DNA of 64,000 nt, taken from contig CAWIYV010000011.1 in the NCBI GenBank assembly GCA_963840455.1, positions 160,001 through 224,000 on the forward strand. The letters are read 5' to 3'. Position 1 is the first letter of the stretch. The number at the start of each line of letters is the position of its first letter. Under the pieces are notes generated by a model that saw only the letters and a list, made by a program, of their open reading frames with translations, made no database searches and was not told the DNA's origin. Made by a program: the position numbers and the translations under genes. Of the stretch, positions 28,769 to 37,944 are shown piece by piece. The DNA comes from Nitrospirota bacterium. GTDB lineage: Bacteria; Nitrospirota; UBA9217.

Positions 28769-29278
28769 TTACCACCGATCCTTGTGCACGCTCGCTGCGT
28801 CGAACCGGTCCGCCGGCCCTGGATGTTCGTCCGGGTAGCCGATGGGAACGAGCGCAAGCGGTATGATGTGCTCCGGAAGGCCGAGGAGCTTCCGCATGCC
28901 TACAACACGGTCCTCTATGGGGTGGAAGGCGGTCCATACCGCGCCGAGGCCACGTGCCGTGGCCGCAAGCAGGATATTCTGCGTGGCAGCCGAGCAGTCT
29001 TGCACCCAGAAGTCCTTGAACTTCTCCCGGGACAGGTCCCCGCAGACCAGGATCGCCACCGATGCGTACTTCAACATGGCCGAGTAGGGATGGAACTTCG
29101 GCACGGCGTCGAGGAGCGCCCGGTCCCGGATCACCATGAACTGCCAGGCCTGCTCGTTCCCGGCCGAGGGTGCAGCCATGGCCGCTTTCAGAAGCTCGGT
29201 GACCAGCTCCTCCGGCACCGGCTGGGGCGTGTACTTCCTGATGCTCCGTCTGGTGAAGATCGCGTCAAAGGTGTTCAT
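28769..29278 (-). CDS. Nitroreductase family protein
   Basis: RRSIRKY, APSAGNEQAW, QDCSAATQNILLAA, IGYP. Confidence 0.95.
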   Translation of the reverse strand: MNTFDAIFTRRSIRKYTPQPVPEELVTELLKAAMAAPSAGNEQAWQFMVIRDRALLDAVPKFHPYSAMLKYASVAILVCGDLSREKFKDFWVQDCSAATQNILLAATARGLGAVWTAFHPIEDRVVGMRKLLGLPEHIIPLALVPIGYPDEHPGPADRFDAASVHKDRW

Positions 29279-29281
29279 GGC

Positions 29282-30262
29282 TCACTCCTTTCTCTTCGCG
29301 TACCACGCCGCCATGTCGCGCATGGCTTCGCTGAGATCGCGGTACGACGGCTCCCATCCCAGGACGGACTTCGCGCGGCCGCAGTCGAAGTGGACATCGC
29401 GGGATACGTAGGAAACGAACGCCGGGAGGTCCAGCGACTGCCCGAAGATGCCGGTGAACAGGTCGACGAACATGGCGGGGAACTTCGCCAGCGCGGGATG
29501 GACGGGGATCAGCCGGAATCGCTTGCGCTGCGCTTCGGCGATGGCAGTGAAGAGTCCGAGCCAGGTGCGGCGCTCGCCGTCGGTGACGTTCAGGGTCTGG
29601 TTTGCGGCACCGGGGACCGTGCCCGCAAGATAGACAGCGCGGGCCAGGTCCTTCACGTGGATGAGCGGCATGAGGTTCATCCCGGCGCCGATGAACGGCA
29701 GGCCGAGCGGCCCGAACCGGCGGATGGCGTCGATCATGCTGCCAAGGTGCCGCGAGCCGGGTCCGTACACCACGCCGGGCCGCACGATGACGTGCTCCAC
29801 CCCGCTCGGAGACTGCCGTATGACCTCCTCGGCCTTCCGCTTGTATTCCGTGTACTGGTCGCGAAGGTCCTGGAACGCTGGCGTGTCCTCGGTGGCGGGT
29901 ATAACCAGCGGAATGCCGGCGACGGAAATGGAGCTCACGAACACCAGCCGTTTCACCCCTGACGGCTTCAGTGCCATGACCATGCGCTCCACCAGACCGA
30001 CATTCAGTGCGGCATTGCCCGCCGTCGTGCTCCTGACCTCGCCGATGTGGAAGACCGTGTCCATGCCCTTCATGGCGTCGACCACCGGTCCGGGGTCACG
30101 GAGGTCTCCCAGCACGACCGTGACATCCCTGCCTTTCCATGCTGCGGGCACGTCCTCCCTCCGCGACAGGAGCCTGACGGAATGGCCGTTCTCCAGGAGA
30201 AGATCCACGACATGGCTGCCGATGAAACCCGTACCACCCGTGACAAGCGTCTGCATGGTCAT
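29282..30262 (-). CDS. NAD-dependent epimerase/dehydratase (extended SDR)
   Basis: VTGGTGFIG, VFVSS, YTEYK (YxxxK), RPGVVYGP. Confidence 0.9.
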   Translation of the reverse strand: MTMQTLVTGGTGFIGSHVVDLLLENGHSVRLLSRREDVPAAWKGRDVTVVLGDLRDPGPVVDAMKGMDTVFHIGEVRSTTAGNAALNVGLVERMVMALKPSGVKRLVFVSSISVAGIPLVIPATEDTPAFQDLRDQYTEYKRKAEEVIRQSPSGVEHVIVRPGVVYGPGSRHLGSMIDAIRRFGPLGLPFIGAGMNLMPLIHVKDLARAVYLAGTVPGAANQTLNVTDGERRTWLGLFTAIAEAQRKRFRLIPVHPALAKFPAMFVDLFTGIFGQSLDLPAFVSYVSRDVHFDCGRAKSVLGWEPSYRDLSEAMRDMAAWYAKRKE

Positions 30263-30287
30263 CTCCCCGCTGCCGATCAATTGCAAA

Positions 30288-31034
30288 TCAGTCCCCGGTG
30301 CTGAGCAGGCTCGCGGCTTTGCCATCAAGGTACCAGAAGAGCTCCCCTTTTACGGGCAGGACCAGCCCGGCAGGATAGCCCTTCGGATTCCCCTCGTCCA
30401 GGATCTCGCGGACCGTCGCAGCCTTTTCCGGACCCGCAACGAGGAACAATGCCGTTACGACATGGTTCAGGACCGGCATCGTGACGGAGATCCGTCGGTG
30501 CTGCTGTCCCTTGGGCTGCACAACAACAGCAACCTGTTCGGTCTCGGACACCGCGGGGTCCCCGGGGAAAAGCGACGCCGTGTGGCCGTCGATGCCCATA
30601 CCAAGGACCGCCAGGTCAAAGGTAAACAGGCTCTTGGACATATAGTTCGATACTTCCATCCCATAGTATTTTGCAGCTATCTCCGGATCTTCCTCCCCCC
30701 GGATGCGATGGACCTGTTTTTCCTCAAGGGGCACCTTTGACAGCAGCAGCTCGTTCGCCATCCGGTAGTTGCTCTCCGAATGCTCCGGCGGAACGCATTG
30801 TTCGTCCACCCAGAACACCTCGGTCTTCTTCCAGTCCACCCGGTCGCTGTATGCCGGCGAGGCCAGGAGCGCATAGAGCCGGCGAGGCGTCGTCCCCCCC
30901 GAAAGCGCGACCAGGAACCGCCCGCGCCTCCTGAGGGCCTGTTCGCTCCGCTCCACGAAAAGATCGGCGGCCACAGCGGCCAGCTCCTCCTCGTCATCGC
31001 ACACCTTGATCTCAATTTCATACTGTTGCGTCAT
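30288..31034 (-). CDS. pgl: 6-phosphogluconolactonase
   Basis: ALSGGTTP, FWVDE..VP....SNY, LGMGIDGHTASLFP. Confidence 0.92.
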   Translation of the reverse strand: MTQQYEIEIKVCDDEEELAAVAADLFVERSEQALRRRGRFLVALSGGTTPRRLYALLASPAYSDRVDWKKTEVFWVDEQCVPPEHSESNYRMANELLLSKVPLEEKQVHRIRGEEDPEIAAKYYGMEVSNYMSKSLFTFDLAVLGMGIDGHTASLFPGDPAVSETEQVAVVVQPKGQQHRRISVTMPVLNHVVTALFLVAGPEKAATVREILDEGNPKGYPAGLVLPVKGELFWYLDGKAASLLSTGD

Positions 31035-31170
31035 AAGTTCCCTCCAACCGTTGTCGTCCCCAAGGACGCAGTCGATGATGGTCACGTAGGATCCCCGAAT
31101 GGGGATGGGAGATAGTATAGCAAATGTAACGGGAACTGAACAGGGACAAGAGGGGGCAAAAAGGAGTCGG

Positions 31171-32175
31171 TCAATGGGAAAGGCTGTTGACCTGGGGGAC
31201 GAGGCGCTGGTACTCCTCGTAGGGGATCTGGGAATGCCACTTGCCGGCAAGCACACCGATGCCGATGACGAGGTAGAACAGCACGACGAGAAGGACGGGA
31301 TAGAGATAGGGCTTGAGCACGGACACGCGCTTCCCCGCCTTGACCGTCATGTCCAGGGCGCCCGGTGCAGGGCAGTGGCTCACGCAGGTCATGCAGCCGA
31401 AGCACTCTCCGGACTTGATGACGTCCTTCTTTTCCACGTCGATGAGCGCGGGGCAGTGCTTTGTGCAGGCGTGGCAATGGATGCACTTCTCCTCGTTCCG
31501 CCGGACCTTGACGGGGCTTAAGCGGCTTACGATCCCGAGGAGCGCGCCGTAGGGGCAAAGGTAGCGGCACCAGACGTTCTTGTACAGGAGGGAAAGGATG
31601 CCCAGAGCAACAAGGACCCAGAAGGTGAGCGAGGACATGTCGGTGAAGAACTTGAGCATCTTCACGTCCGCCACCTTGTAGTAGTCGGACCCGAAGAACA
31701 TGAGGATCATGGTGCTGCCCATGGCGACGACGATGACCCAGAAGAACAGGGAGAGCAGGACATATTTGATGGACCGGAGGCCGATGTCGGTGTACTGCTC
31801 CACCCGGAAGTTCCTGCCGAAGATCTTCTCGCCGGCCATCCAGACATACTGCGACAGCGTGCCCACGGGGCAGATCCACCCGCAGAAGCCCTTTTTCAGG
31901 GACAGCGATACGCCGGTTATGGCGATGAACAGGATGAGGCCCGAGGGATGGAGGGGCTCCACGAGGCCGGTGACGGCGAAGAACTTGAAGGCCATCAGCC
32001 CGCCGATGGGCAGGAACGCGTCCACTGACGGCGGCCGCTGGACAAAAGGATGGCCGGGGGCCTCGAAGTGCAGCACGAACTGGGCGAACTGCCAGCCGAC
32101 AAATAGCGTAACGAGCAGGAACCAGGCCTGGACAGCGTATCGGACAAAGCGGATGGAATTCCGGGGATAGGACAT
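31171..32175 (-). CDS. Membrane-bound 4Fe-4S binding protein (NapH/YccM-like)
   Basis: FCGWICPVG and WCRYLCPYG motifs; CIHCHACTKHCP and CFGCMTCVSHCP ferredoxin pair; TM helices. Confidence 0.9.
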   Translation of the reverse strand: MSYPRNSIRFVRYAVQAWFLLVTLFVGWQFAQFVLHFEAPGHPFVQRPPSVDAFLPIGGLMAFKFFAVTGLVEPLHPSGLILFIAITGVSLSLKKGFCGWICPVGTLSQYVWMAGEKIFGRNFRVEQYTDIGLRSIKYVLLSLFFWVIVVAMGSTMILMFFGSDYYKVADVKMLKFFTDMSSLTFWVLVALGILSLLYKNVWCRYLCPYGALLGIVSRLSPVKVRRNEEKCIHCHACTKHCPALIDVEKKDVIKSGECFGCMTCVSHCPAPGALDMTVKAGKRVSVLKPYLYPVLLVVLFYLVIGIGVLAGKWHSQIPYEEYQRLVPQVNSLSH

Positions 32176-32232
32176 GAAATGATTATAGCATCATGCCCGG
32201 CCGGGGTTTTATGATTATTATCATATCAAGGC

Positions 32233-32484
32233 TTATGCGGACTGCCGCTTCCTGATCGCGGCCTCAAGCTGCTCAGTGGTGATATCGCATCCCTCGAACA
32301 CCACAGTACCGTCGATCTCGATGGCGGGGAACTTCGGCAGCGACACCCGCTGCAGCAGGCCGAAGGACGTCTTCTTGACGACCTCAATGTCAAAGGCATA
32401 TTTCTTCTTCAGCTCCGTGACCACGGAGGTTATGTTGTTTCACCATTTCCCCTGCGGGTCGTTGAAATAGAGCTTGATCAGCAT
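32233..32484 (-). CDS. Predicted thioredoxin-like selenoprotein, NDPQGKWU motif (83 aa, Sec15)
   Basis: RBS AAGGAG and ATG 32484; in-frame TGA 32442-32440; hairpin CTCCGT-GGTC-ACGGAG 11 nt downstream. Paralog of 36136..36405 (shared KKTS and FPAIEIDG/CPSVMVDG). Confidence 0.8.
32413..32428 (-). promoter_or_regulatory. Candidate bacterial SECIS hairpin
   Basis: CTCCGT/ACGGAG stem with GGTC loop. Confidence 0.7.
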
Positions 32485-32519
32485 ACAGGTGCTCCTTTCC
32501 TGTGACGATCGTCATATGA

Positions 32520-32638
32520 TGAATTCAGGAGCGAGCGCATTCCCCGTGGCTTGCTGCGGGGTTAGCGGGCGCTTAGAATAAGTTATTGCCACCTTGAGGA
32601 TCGAAGATTCCCTGCAGCTTGCTGCAGGGAGCTTCAAT
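32520..32638 (-). repeat. Double-hairpin dispersed repeat, copy 4
   Basis: Reverse-complement copy between sqr and the selenoprotein gene. Confidence 0.9.
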
Positions 32639-32642
32639 AGCC

Positions 32643-33833
32643 TCACGGTAAATTGCTCATCCCGTTCCTCATCTTCCAGAGGAAATACCGTTCGAACGAA
32701 AGCTTCAGCCACTTCGCCCAAACTGCCTTCTTCGTGTATGAACTCTGCCGTGGAGGCAGGACCGGATAGGCCTTCATCAGAGCGGCGGTGTTCCCCATGT
32801 CCATCAGGCAGACGACCCCGAGCTCGTCCGCAAGCGGCGGCGTCTTGCCCGTTATATCCGACGCAATGGTCGCAGCAGCCGTCTTCGCCATCTTCACGGT
32901 CATGAAACCTGTTTTCGGCACACCCGTGGGCACCGGAGTCACTTCGGGCGGAGCGATCGCAATCGCAACACCTATGGCAAAGATGTTCCTGTGCTTGGTG
33001 TGGCGATAGTTCTTGTCCACCGGGATGAAGCCCCGCGGATTGCCCAGCGGCGCGACAGCGGGAACGCCCTTGAAGGGAGGCGCGATCATGGCGAGCTTGA
33101 AGGGGATCTTCGTACCGTCTTTTAATTTGATCTCGCCCGGCGTGACTTCCTCGATGGCCCGGCTGACGATCGGCTTGATATCACGCTCGGCAAATTCGTG
33201 TTCCATAAAAGTTTTTGAGGCCCCGAGTCCACCCACGCCCATATGGCCGAGATACGGTTCGGAAGTGAGATAGATGATCGGCACCTTGTGGCGCATCTTC
33301 CTGCGCCGAAGCTCCGCATCCATCTCGAATGCAAGCTCGTAGGACGGGCCGAAGCAGCTCACCATCTGCGATGATCCGAGGACGATCGGGCCGGGATTCT
33401 CAAGAACGCTCCGCCAGGTCGCGCCGGTCTTTACCGCATGATCGAGCGTGAAGGTGCAGGCCGTGTATCCTTTGTCCGGCCCGAGGCCGGGGATCTCATC
33501 AAAAGCAAGATGCGGCCCCGTCGATATGACGAGATGATCATAGGGAATCTCTTTGCCTTGAGCTGTGATGACCTTCGATTTATCAGCATCGATCTGCTTA
33601 GCGCCATCATGAACAAACTCGATCCCCTTCCGCCTCAGGATGTCACTCACTTTGATCGAAATGTCCTCCGGCTTTCGCCAGCCCATGATCAGCCACGGCA
33701 AGGACGGCAGGAACACGAACCGCTCATCGTCGCTCACCACGGTCACGTCCGCTTTCCCGCCAAGCAGTCGCTTCAGTTCCAGGGCCGCGGTCAGCCCTCC
33801 GAACGATCCGCCTAAAACAACGATCTTTGGCAT
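32643..33833 (-). CDS. sqr: Sulfide:quinone oxidoreductase-like flavoprotein
   Basis: VVLGGSFGG FAD motif; SCFGPSYE, GVPKTGFM and VCLMDMG SQR motifs. Confidence 0.85.
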   Translation of the reverse strand: MPKIVVLGGSFGGLTAALELKRLLGGKADVTVVSDDERFVFLPSLPWLIMGWRKPEDISIKVSDILRRKGIEFVHDGAKQIDADKSKVITAQGKEIPYDHLVISTGPHLAFDEIPGLGPDKGYTACTFTLDHAVKTGATWRSVLENPGPIVLGSSQMVSCFGPSYELAFEMDAELRRRKMRHKVPIIYLTSEPYLGHMGVGGLGASKTFMEHEFAERDIKPIVSRAIEEVTPGEIKLKDGTKIPFKLAMIAPPFKGVPAVAPLGNPRGFIPVDKNYRHTKHRNIFAIGVAIAIAPPEVTPVPTGVPKTGFMTVKMAKTAAATIASDITGKTPPLADELGVVCLMDMGNTAALMKAYPVLPPRQSSYTKKAVWAKWLKLSFERYFLWKMRNGMSNLP

Positions 33834-33886
33834 ACTATCCTCCCCAGGATTTTATTGCTTCGCGCACCCTATCTCCTGCCGGCAGT

Positions 33887-34168
33887 CTAAAACATGCCTG
33901 TTACTTTCTCGCCGCTCGTTATAATGTCAGTCAGTTTGTCGTAGTCGATGACTTTGACCCGTTCATCCAGCTCGGAATCCTTGAGCCCCCGGAGCTTCTT
34001 GTCGTCATCCAGCACATACACCGCGCCGGGAAAAGACCCGAGTCGCTCCTTTTGTGCGAACAAGACCCCGTTTTGCAGCAGGACCAGATCGGCCCGGCCT
34101 TCTTGCGCAAGGGTCAGGCCGAGCGCTCCATCGTTCGTATCCGGTGCGCTTTTTACGATCACCAGCAT
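33887..34168 (-). CDS. dsrH: DsrH/TusB-family sulfur relay protein
   Basis: MLVIVKSAP, LVLLQNGV, YVLDDDKKLRGL, IDYDKL. Confidence 0.85.
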   Translation of the reverse strand: MLVIVKSAPDTNDGALGLTLAQEGRADLVLLQNGVLFAQKERLGSFPGAVYVLDDDKKLRGLKDSELDERVKVIDYDKLTDIITSGEKVTGMF

Positions 34169-34178
34169 GGTCGTCTCC

Positions 34179-34532
34179 TTAAAATATCATGGTAGTATCT
34201 GTTTTACCGATAATATCGGCGATCTCCGCGCCATTGGCAATGGTGACCCCCTCGATTATACGATCATTATCGAGCTGCTCCCTCTTTAATGACGCTTCAT
34301 CGGCATAGACCGCGACACCCATGTCAATGCAATCCTGAATGCCGTCTCCTGCATTCAAATATTCCGTCTGGGATGCGTCCTGTCCCTTTCTTGCCGCATG
34401 CACCCCACCGCCGACAAGCAGCAGCTTTACCTCCATGTCGTCGGTCACCCCTCCGAGCGCATGGCGGAGCGCCTCCGAGGCATCGACCGTCCCGTAGGGA
34501 GGCCTTCTTAAAATTATGCTTATGCTTCCCAT
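34179..34532 (-). CDS. dsrF: DsrF/TusC-family sulfur relay protein
   Basis: ILRRPPYGT..ASEALR, GGVHAARKGQ, VYADEASL; lies between dsrE and dsrH. Confidence 0.82.
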   Translation of the reverse strand: MGSISIILRRPPYGTVDASEALRHALGGVTDDMEVKLLLVGGGVHAARKGQDASQTEYLNAGDGIQDCIDMGVAVYADEASLKREQLDNDRIIEGVTIANGAEIADIIGKTDTTMIF

Positions 34533-34542
34533 GGTAGCCCCC

Positions 34543-34887
34543 TTATATGCCGAAATTTAGAAACACGGGTTTTGACTTCACAACATTGAAGAGCCCCTTC
34601 AACGAGCTCATCTCGCCGCCCTCAATGGAATCGTCAGCCGCAAGACCGCGGCTTTTCATGCACCCTGTTCAGATATCCACCTTGAGGCCTTTACCCACAA
34701 GGTCTACCAGCGTGGAGAGCGCCTGCGGGACCTGTCCCTTCACAATAGAAAAAACGCCGTCGCCCGAAGCAATAAGTCTTGCCCGGTGCCCCTTCTTCAG
34801 AGCAGCTTCCGCCAGCTTGAAAATCGTGTGCGTGTTCTCAAAGCTGTAGGGAGTCGTGGAAAGGAACATCACAATCTCTTTTTGCAT
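34543..34887 (-). CDS. dsrE: DsrE/TusD-family protein with predicted Sec (UxxC), 114 aa
   Basis: TTPYS...DGV motif. TGA 34671-34669 reads through to VDI-U-TGCMKSRGL...FLNFGI*, completing the family fold; hairpin follows. Confidence 0.85.
34636..34653 (-). promoter_or_regulatory. Candidate bacterial SECIS hairpin
   Basis: AGCCGC-GGTCTT-GCGGCT, 15 nt after the TGA. Confidence 0.72.
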
Positions 34888-34942
34888 GTCTGCCTCCTTT
34901 TTTTGATTGGGAAAGTGCCGTTTCAGGAACGTTCACAAAATA

Positions 34943-36095
34943 TCAGTTCCGGACACCAAGCAGTATCTGCTCGTGATAAATCGGATAAGCGATCGGATCG
35001 ACATTGTTGTAGCCGATCTTTTTCCGCCGTGCTTCATCCAGAAGATGATATTGCACGGTCACATCCACAACTGCGGGAGTGTCGCTGCCACGCTCGCTCA
35101 CGGAAAACCTGAAATCTCTCGGCTGCCCGTACGGCAGCCGCGTGTCCCGGAGGTCGACAATGAACGGCCTCCACAGGATGTACCGCTTCATGGTGTACAC
35201 TTTCTCAGCCAGTACCTGCCCGCTCGATCCGAGGAGCCGAAGCTCCAGGGTAAGATGCCGGTCCGGTGTGCCGGTCGGCAGATAGTGAGCCGCTCCCACG
35301 TTCGTAAGGGTGACGACCAGCCTGTCGCCCTCCAACCGATGGTCTACCCGGAGCGACTCCTTCACGCGCTCCGGTTCATGTCCGCCGTGGAACAGATGCC
35401 GTCGCCCTTTCCGGGATGGCATCCCCTCGGCGGCCGGACGCACGACGGCGGGCATGTGGCAGGAAACGCAGTCTATCGTCTGACTGCCCTCTTCTATTTC
35501 CGCTACGGTGCCGCAGGGCGGAATAGTATAGAACGTATCCCACCGTTTTCCCGCTACCACATGGCACCTCTGGCACGGTTTGATCCCCTGCGACATCCCG
35601 GGATCGTACTCTACAGGATGAGGCGCCCTGACCGTTGGGAACGGACCGACGATCCTGCCATTCCGGATGTGGCACACCGCGCACGTTACGCCCTCGTCCC
35701 GCAGCGCTGCTGTCGTAGTCCGGATTCGGTGCGAGGATGGGGTCGAATTTATCCCGGTCCCTGAAGCCAAGGACGAGATTCTGTTGCTGGTTCACCAGCG
35801 GCGTGTGGCAGTTGAGGCAGATCTGCTGGGAACCATCATAGAGGAAATCAACCTGGAAGTAGGGCTCGGTCCACGCCAGGGCGTGCATGCTGCCGGCCCA
35901 CTCGCGATAGATCGCCTCATGACATTTCCCGCATTCCTTCGCCTTTACTGAGGCGATGCCGGGAACCGTCCCGATGTGCATCGGCCGCTCGAACCGTTCA
36001 TCGACCACGAAGATGTTCATCGGCCGCAGGAACCGCCAGAGCAGGAACAGGACAACCAACACCACAAGGCTTATCCACAACGCTTTCCTTGTCAT
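34943..36095 (-). pseudogene. Membrane-anchored pentaheme cytochrome c (about 383 aa), single-base frameshift near 35711
   Basis: CGKCH and CLNCH in one frame; CAVCH, CQRCH and CVSCH in another. Deleting one base gives NPDYD-AALRDEGVTCAVCH. Confidence 0.8.
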
Positions 36096-36135
36096 CGACC
36101 GCTTAGACCTTCGCTCCGCCGGATCAGCGCATCTG

Positions 36136-36405
36136 TCACGCGCCTCCCGTTGATGTGCCGGCCAGGGCCGCCCGCAGCAGCTCAACGTCGGCCACGCCGT
36201 CCCGTACAATGAACTTCCCGTCCACCATCACCGACGGGCAGGGGGGTGGATCCTTCTCCGCGGCGTATTCCGATGAAGTCTTCTTGATGGTCCTGATCTC
36301 GGCGCCGAACTCCTGCGCCGCCCGCCGGGCGGCGTCCTGGTTCGCCAATCATCGTTTCCCCATGGGATCGTTCGCGAACAAGGTGATCGTATGCTTCTGC
36401 ATCAT
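36136..36405 (-). CDS. Predicted thioredoxin-like selenoprotein, NDPMGKRU motif (TsoC-like NEPxGxxU family, from memory)
   Basis: ATG overlaps the ArsR stop; in-frame TGA 36351-36349; hairpin CGCCGCCC-GGC-GGGCGGCG 14 nt downstream; PPPCPSVMVDG. Confidence 0.83.
36316..36334 (-). promoter_or_regulatory. Candidate bacterial SECIS hairpin
   Basis: 8-bp GC stem with GGC loop; same apex and spacing as 56747-56765. Confidence 0.72.
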
Positions 36406-36743
36406 CGTCTCCTCTCTCCGGGATAGGTTCCTTTTTTCGTCACCGGACAGCACGCCGGCGCGGGGATATCCTCTTCATATTCCTTTTTCATCAGTTGCAG
36501 CAGGTCAGGGATGAGGGGTTCCTTGAGGAAATAACACTTGAGCCGGCCGTCAACGAAGAAATCAACGATTTGATGCGAACGCAGCAGCTTGAGGTGCTGC
36601 GACACGTTCGGCTGGCTGATGTCGAGGGAATCCTCGAAGTCGCTCACGCACTTGACTCCCTGCACGAGCTCTTCAAGTATCTTGATCCTGACCGGGTGGG
36701 CAAGTATCTTTAAAAGCTCTATCCTTTTGTCCGTCGAAAGCAT
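36402..36743 (-). CDS. ArsR/SmtB-family metalloregulator with C-terminal CC motif
   Basis: LKILAHPVRIKIL...KCVSD...SQPNVSQHLKLLR...PACCP. Confidence 0.92.
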   Translation of the reverse strand: MLSTDKRIELLKILAHPVRIKILEELVQGVKCVSDFEDSLDISQPNVSQHLKLLRSHQIVDFFVDGRLKCYFLKEPLIPDLLQLMKKEYEEDIPAPACCPVTKKGTYPGERRR

Positions 36744-36773
36744 AAGCGCAAACCTCCGATAAGATATATGCAA

Positions 36774-36802
36774 ACATTATTATGTTTTTATGAAATTGTC
36801 AA
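36774..36802 (-). promoter_or_regulatory. Sigma-70 promoter of the ArsR/selenoprotein operon
   Basis: TTGACA-N17-TAATGT. Confidence 0.55.
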
Positions 36803-36818
36803 TAAATATTCCGCGTGG

Positions 36819-36855
36819 ATTGAAGCCCCCTGCAGCAAGCAGCAGGGAGCTTCAA
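36819..36855. repeat. Short palindromic derivative of the double-hairpin repeat (copy 5)
   Basis: ttgaagccccctgcagc-aa-gcagcagggagcttcaa. Confidence 0.75.
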
Positions 36856-37082
36856 CTCTGTGTTCTCTATGGTAAATGATGTCAAGGATACTGTGCTCTC
36901 CTTGGTAAAACGTCCCCGCCAAAGATGTATCCGGGTGGATCCGTGTCTCAATGCTCTTTTCGGGCTTAATGGATGCAGCGGCGCATCGCTGCCATCCAGC
37001 CCGGTCATGCGGCTTCTCGATCTCACGGGCGGAGCAGCGGGATTGTTGAAACAGGAAGCGGTGCGGGAAAATGGCGGTGGGC

Positions 37083-37832
37083 TTAGCGGGGCGGGCCTTC
37101 GGGAGTGCCGGCGGAAAAGCTCTCCTGGATGTATGTCTTAATGAGGGCGAGGTCTACCGGTTCGATGCTCATGAACTTCATGCCCATGCCGGGGTCCTTG
37201 GCGGAATCTTCGCCAAAGCCATACGCGTACAGGACCATCGCCTCGACCCAGATGATCTTCTTCTTAAGGCTGAAGCTGACCGTTTGCTTCGACCCCAGGG
37301 GCCCGGGATGCAGTGTCTTGACGAACATGCCCTGCTCCGAGATAACGGTCACGAACTCTGCGCCGGTCCCGGTGCCGTTGACCGAAGCTTTCAGGTACGT
37401 GGAGACACGCACGTTCTTCCGCGGTGTCCGCTCGAGGATCGACTGGACAGCGCGGTACAGGTCCTCGCCTGTCACCGGTTTTCTGAGATAGAGGAAGCAG
37501 CCGGCTTGCAGGCACCGGTCCCTGCCCGACGGATCAGCATGGGAGGTCTGGACCACTACGGGGACCTTGGAGACCACGGGGTCCCGGCGCATGCGGTCCA
37601 TCAGGACTATGCCGTTCATTCCCGGCAGGATGAATTCCGTGATGACCAGTGAGGGCACGGCGATCGACAGGAACTCGAGCGCTTCCTCTGCGGACTTCAC
37701 GGTCGTTACGCTGTACCCGAAGTTCTGGAGGATCATCGAGGTCGTGAGCGCATCCTTGGGATTGCCGTCCACGACCATGACGAACTTCTTCTTTTTCTGC
37801 CCTGTTTCCGTCACGTCCGCAGGCTCTCCCAT
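37083..37832 (-). CDS. Response regulator (atypical REC) with PilZ domain
   Basis: REC fold with VITEFILP (Glu at the phospho-Asp position); PRKNVRV RxxxR, ISEQGMF and GMGMKF PilZ motifs. Confidence 0.82.
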   Translation of the reverse strand: MGEPADVTETGQKKKKFVMVVDGNPKDALTTSMILQNFGYSVTTVKSAEEALEFLSIAVPSLVITEFILPGMNGIVLMDRMRRDPVVSKVPVVVQTSHADPSGRDRCLQAGCFLYLRKPVTGEDLYRAVQSILERTPRKNVRVSTYLKASVNGTGTGAEFVTVISEQGMFVKTLHPGPLGSKQTVSFSLKKKIIWVEAMVLYAYGFGEDSAKDPGMGMKFMSIEPVDLALIKTYIQESFSAGTPEGPPR

Positions 37833-37944
37833 CGATGATGCCGTTCCTTTCCGCATCGGTCATTATTATAGTATAGAAAACCCGAAACCGAAACTCCGAA
37901 CCGTCTCCTCGCAGACGTTTATTCCGCGCTACGCGATCGATTTG

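Noticed and set aside
34943-34945. Other TGA stops in the operon (cytochrome, sqr, ArsR, ferredoxin) as Sec codons
   Set aside because: They fall at natural C-termini with no redox motif context; the ArsR TGA overlaps the next ATG.
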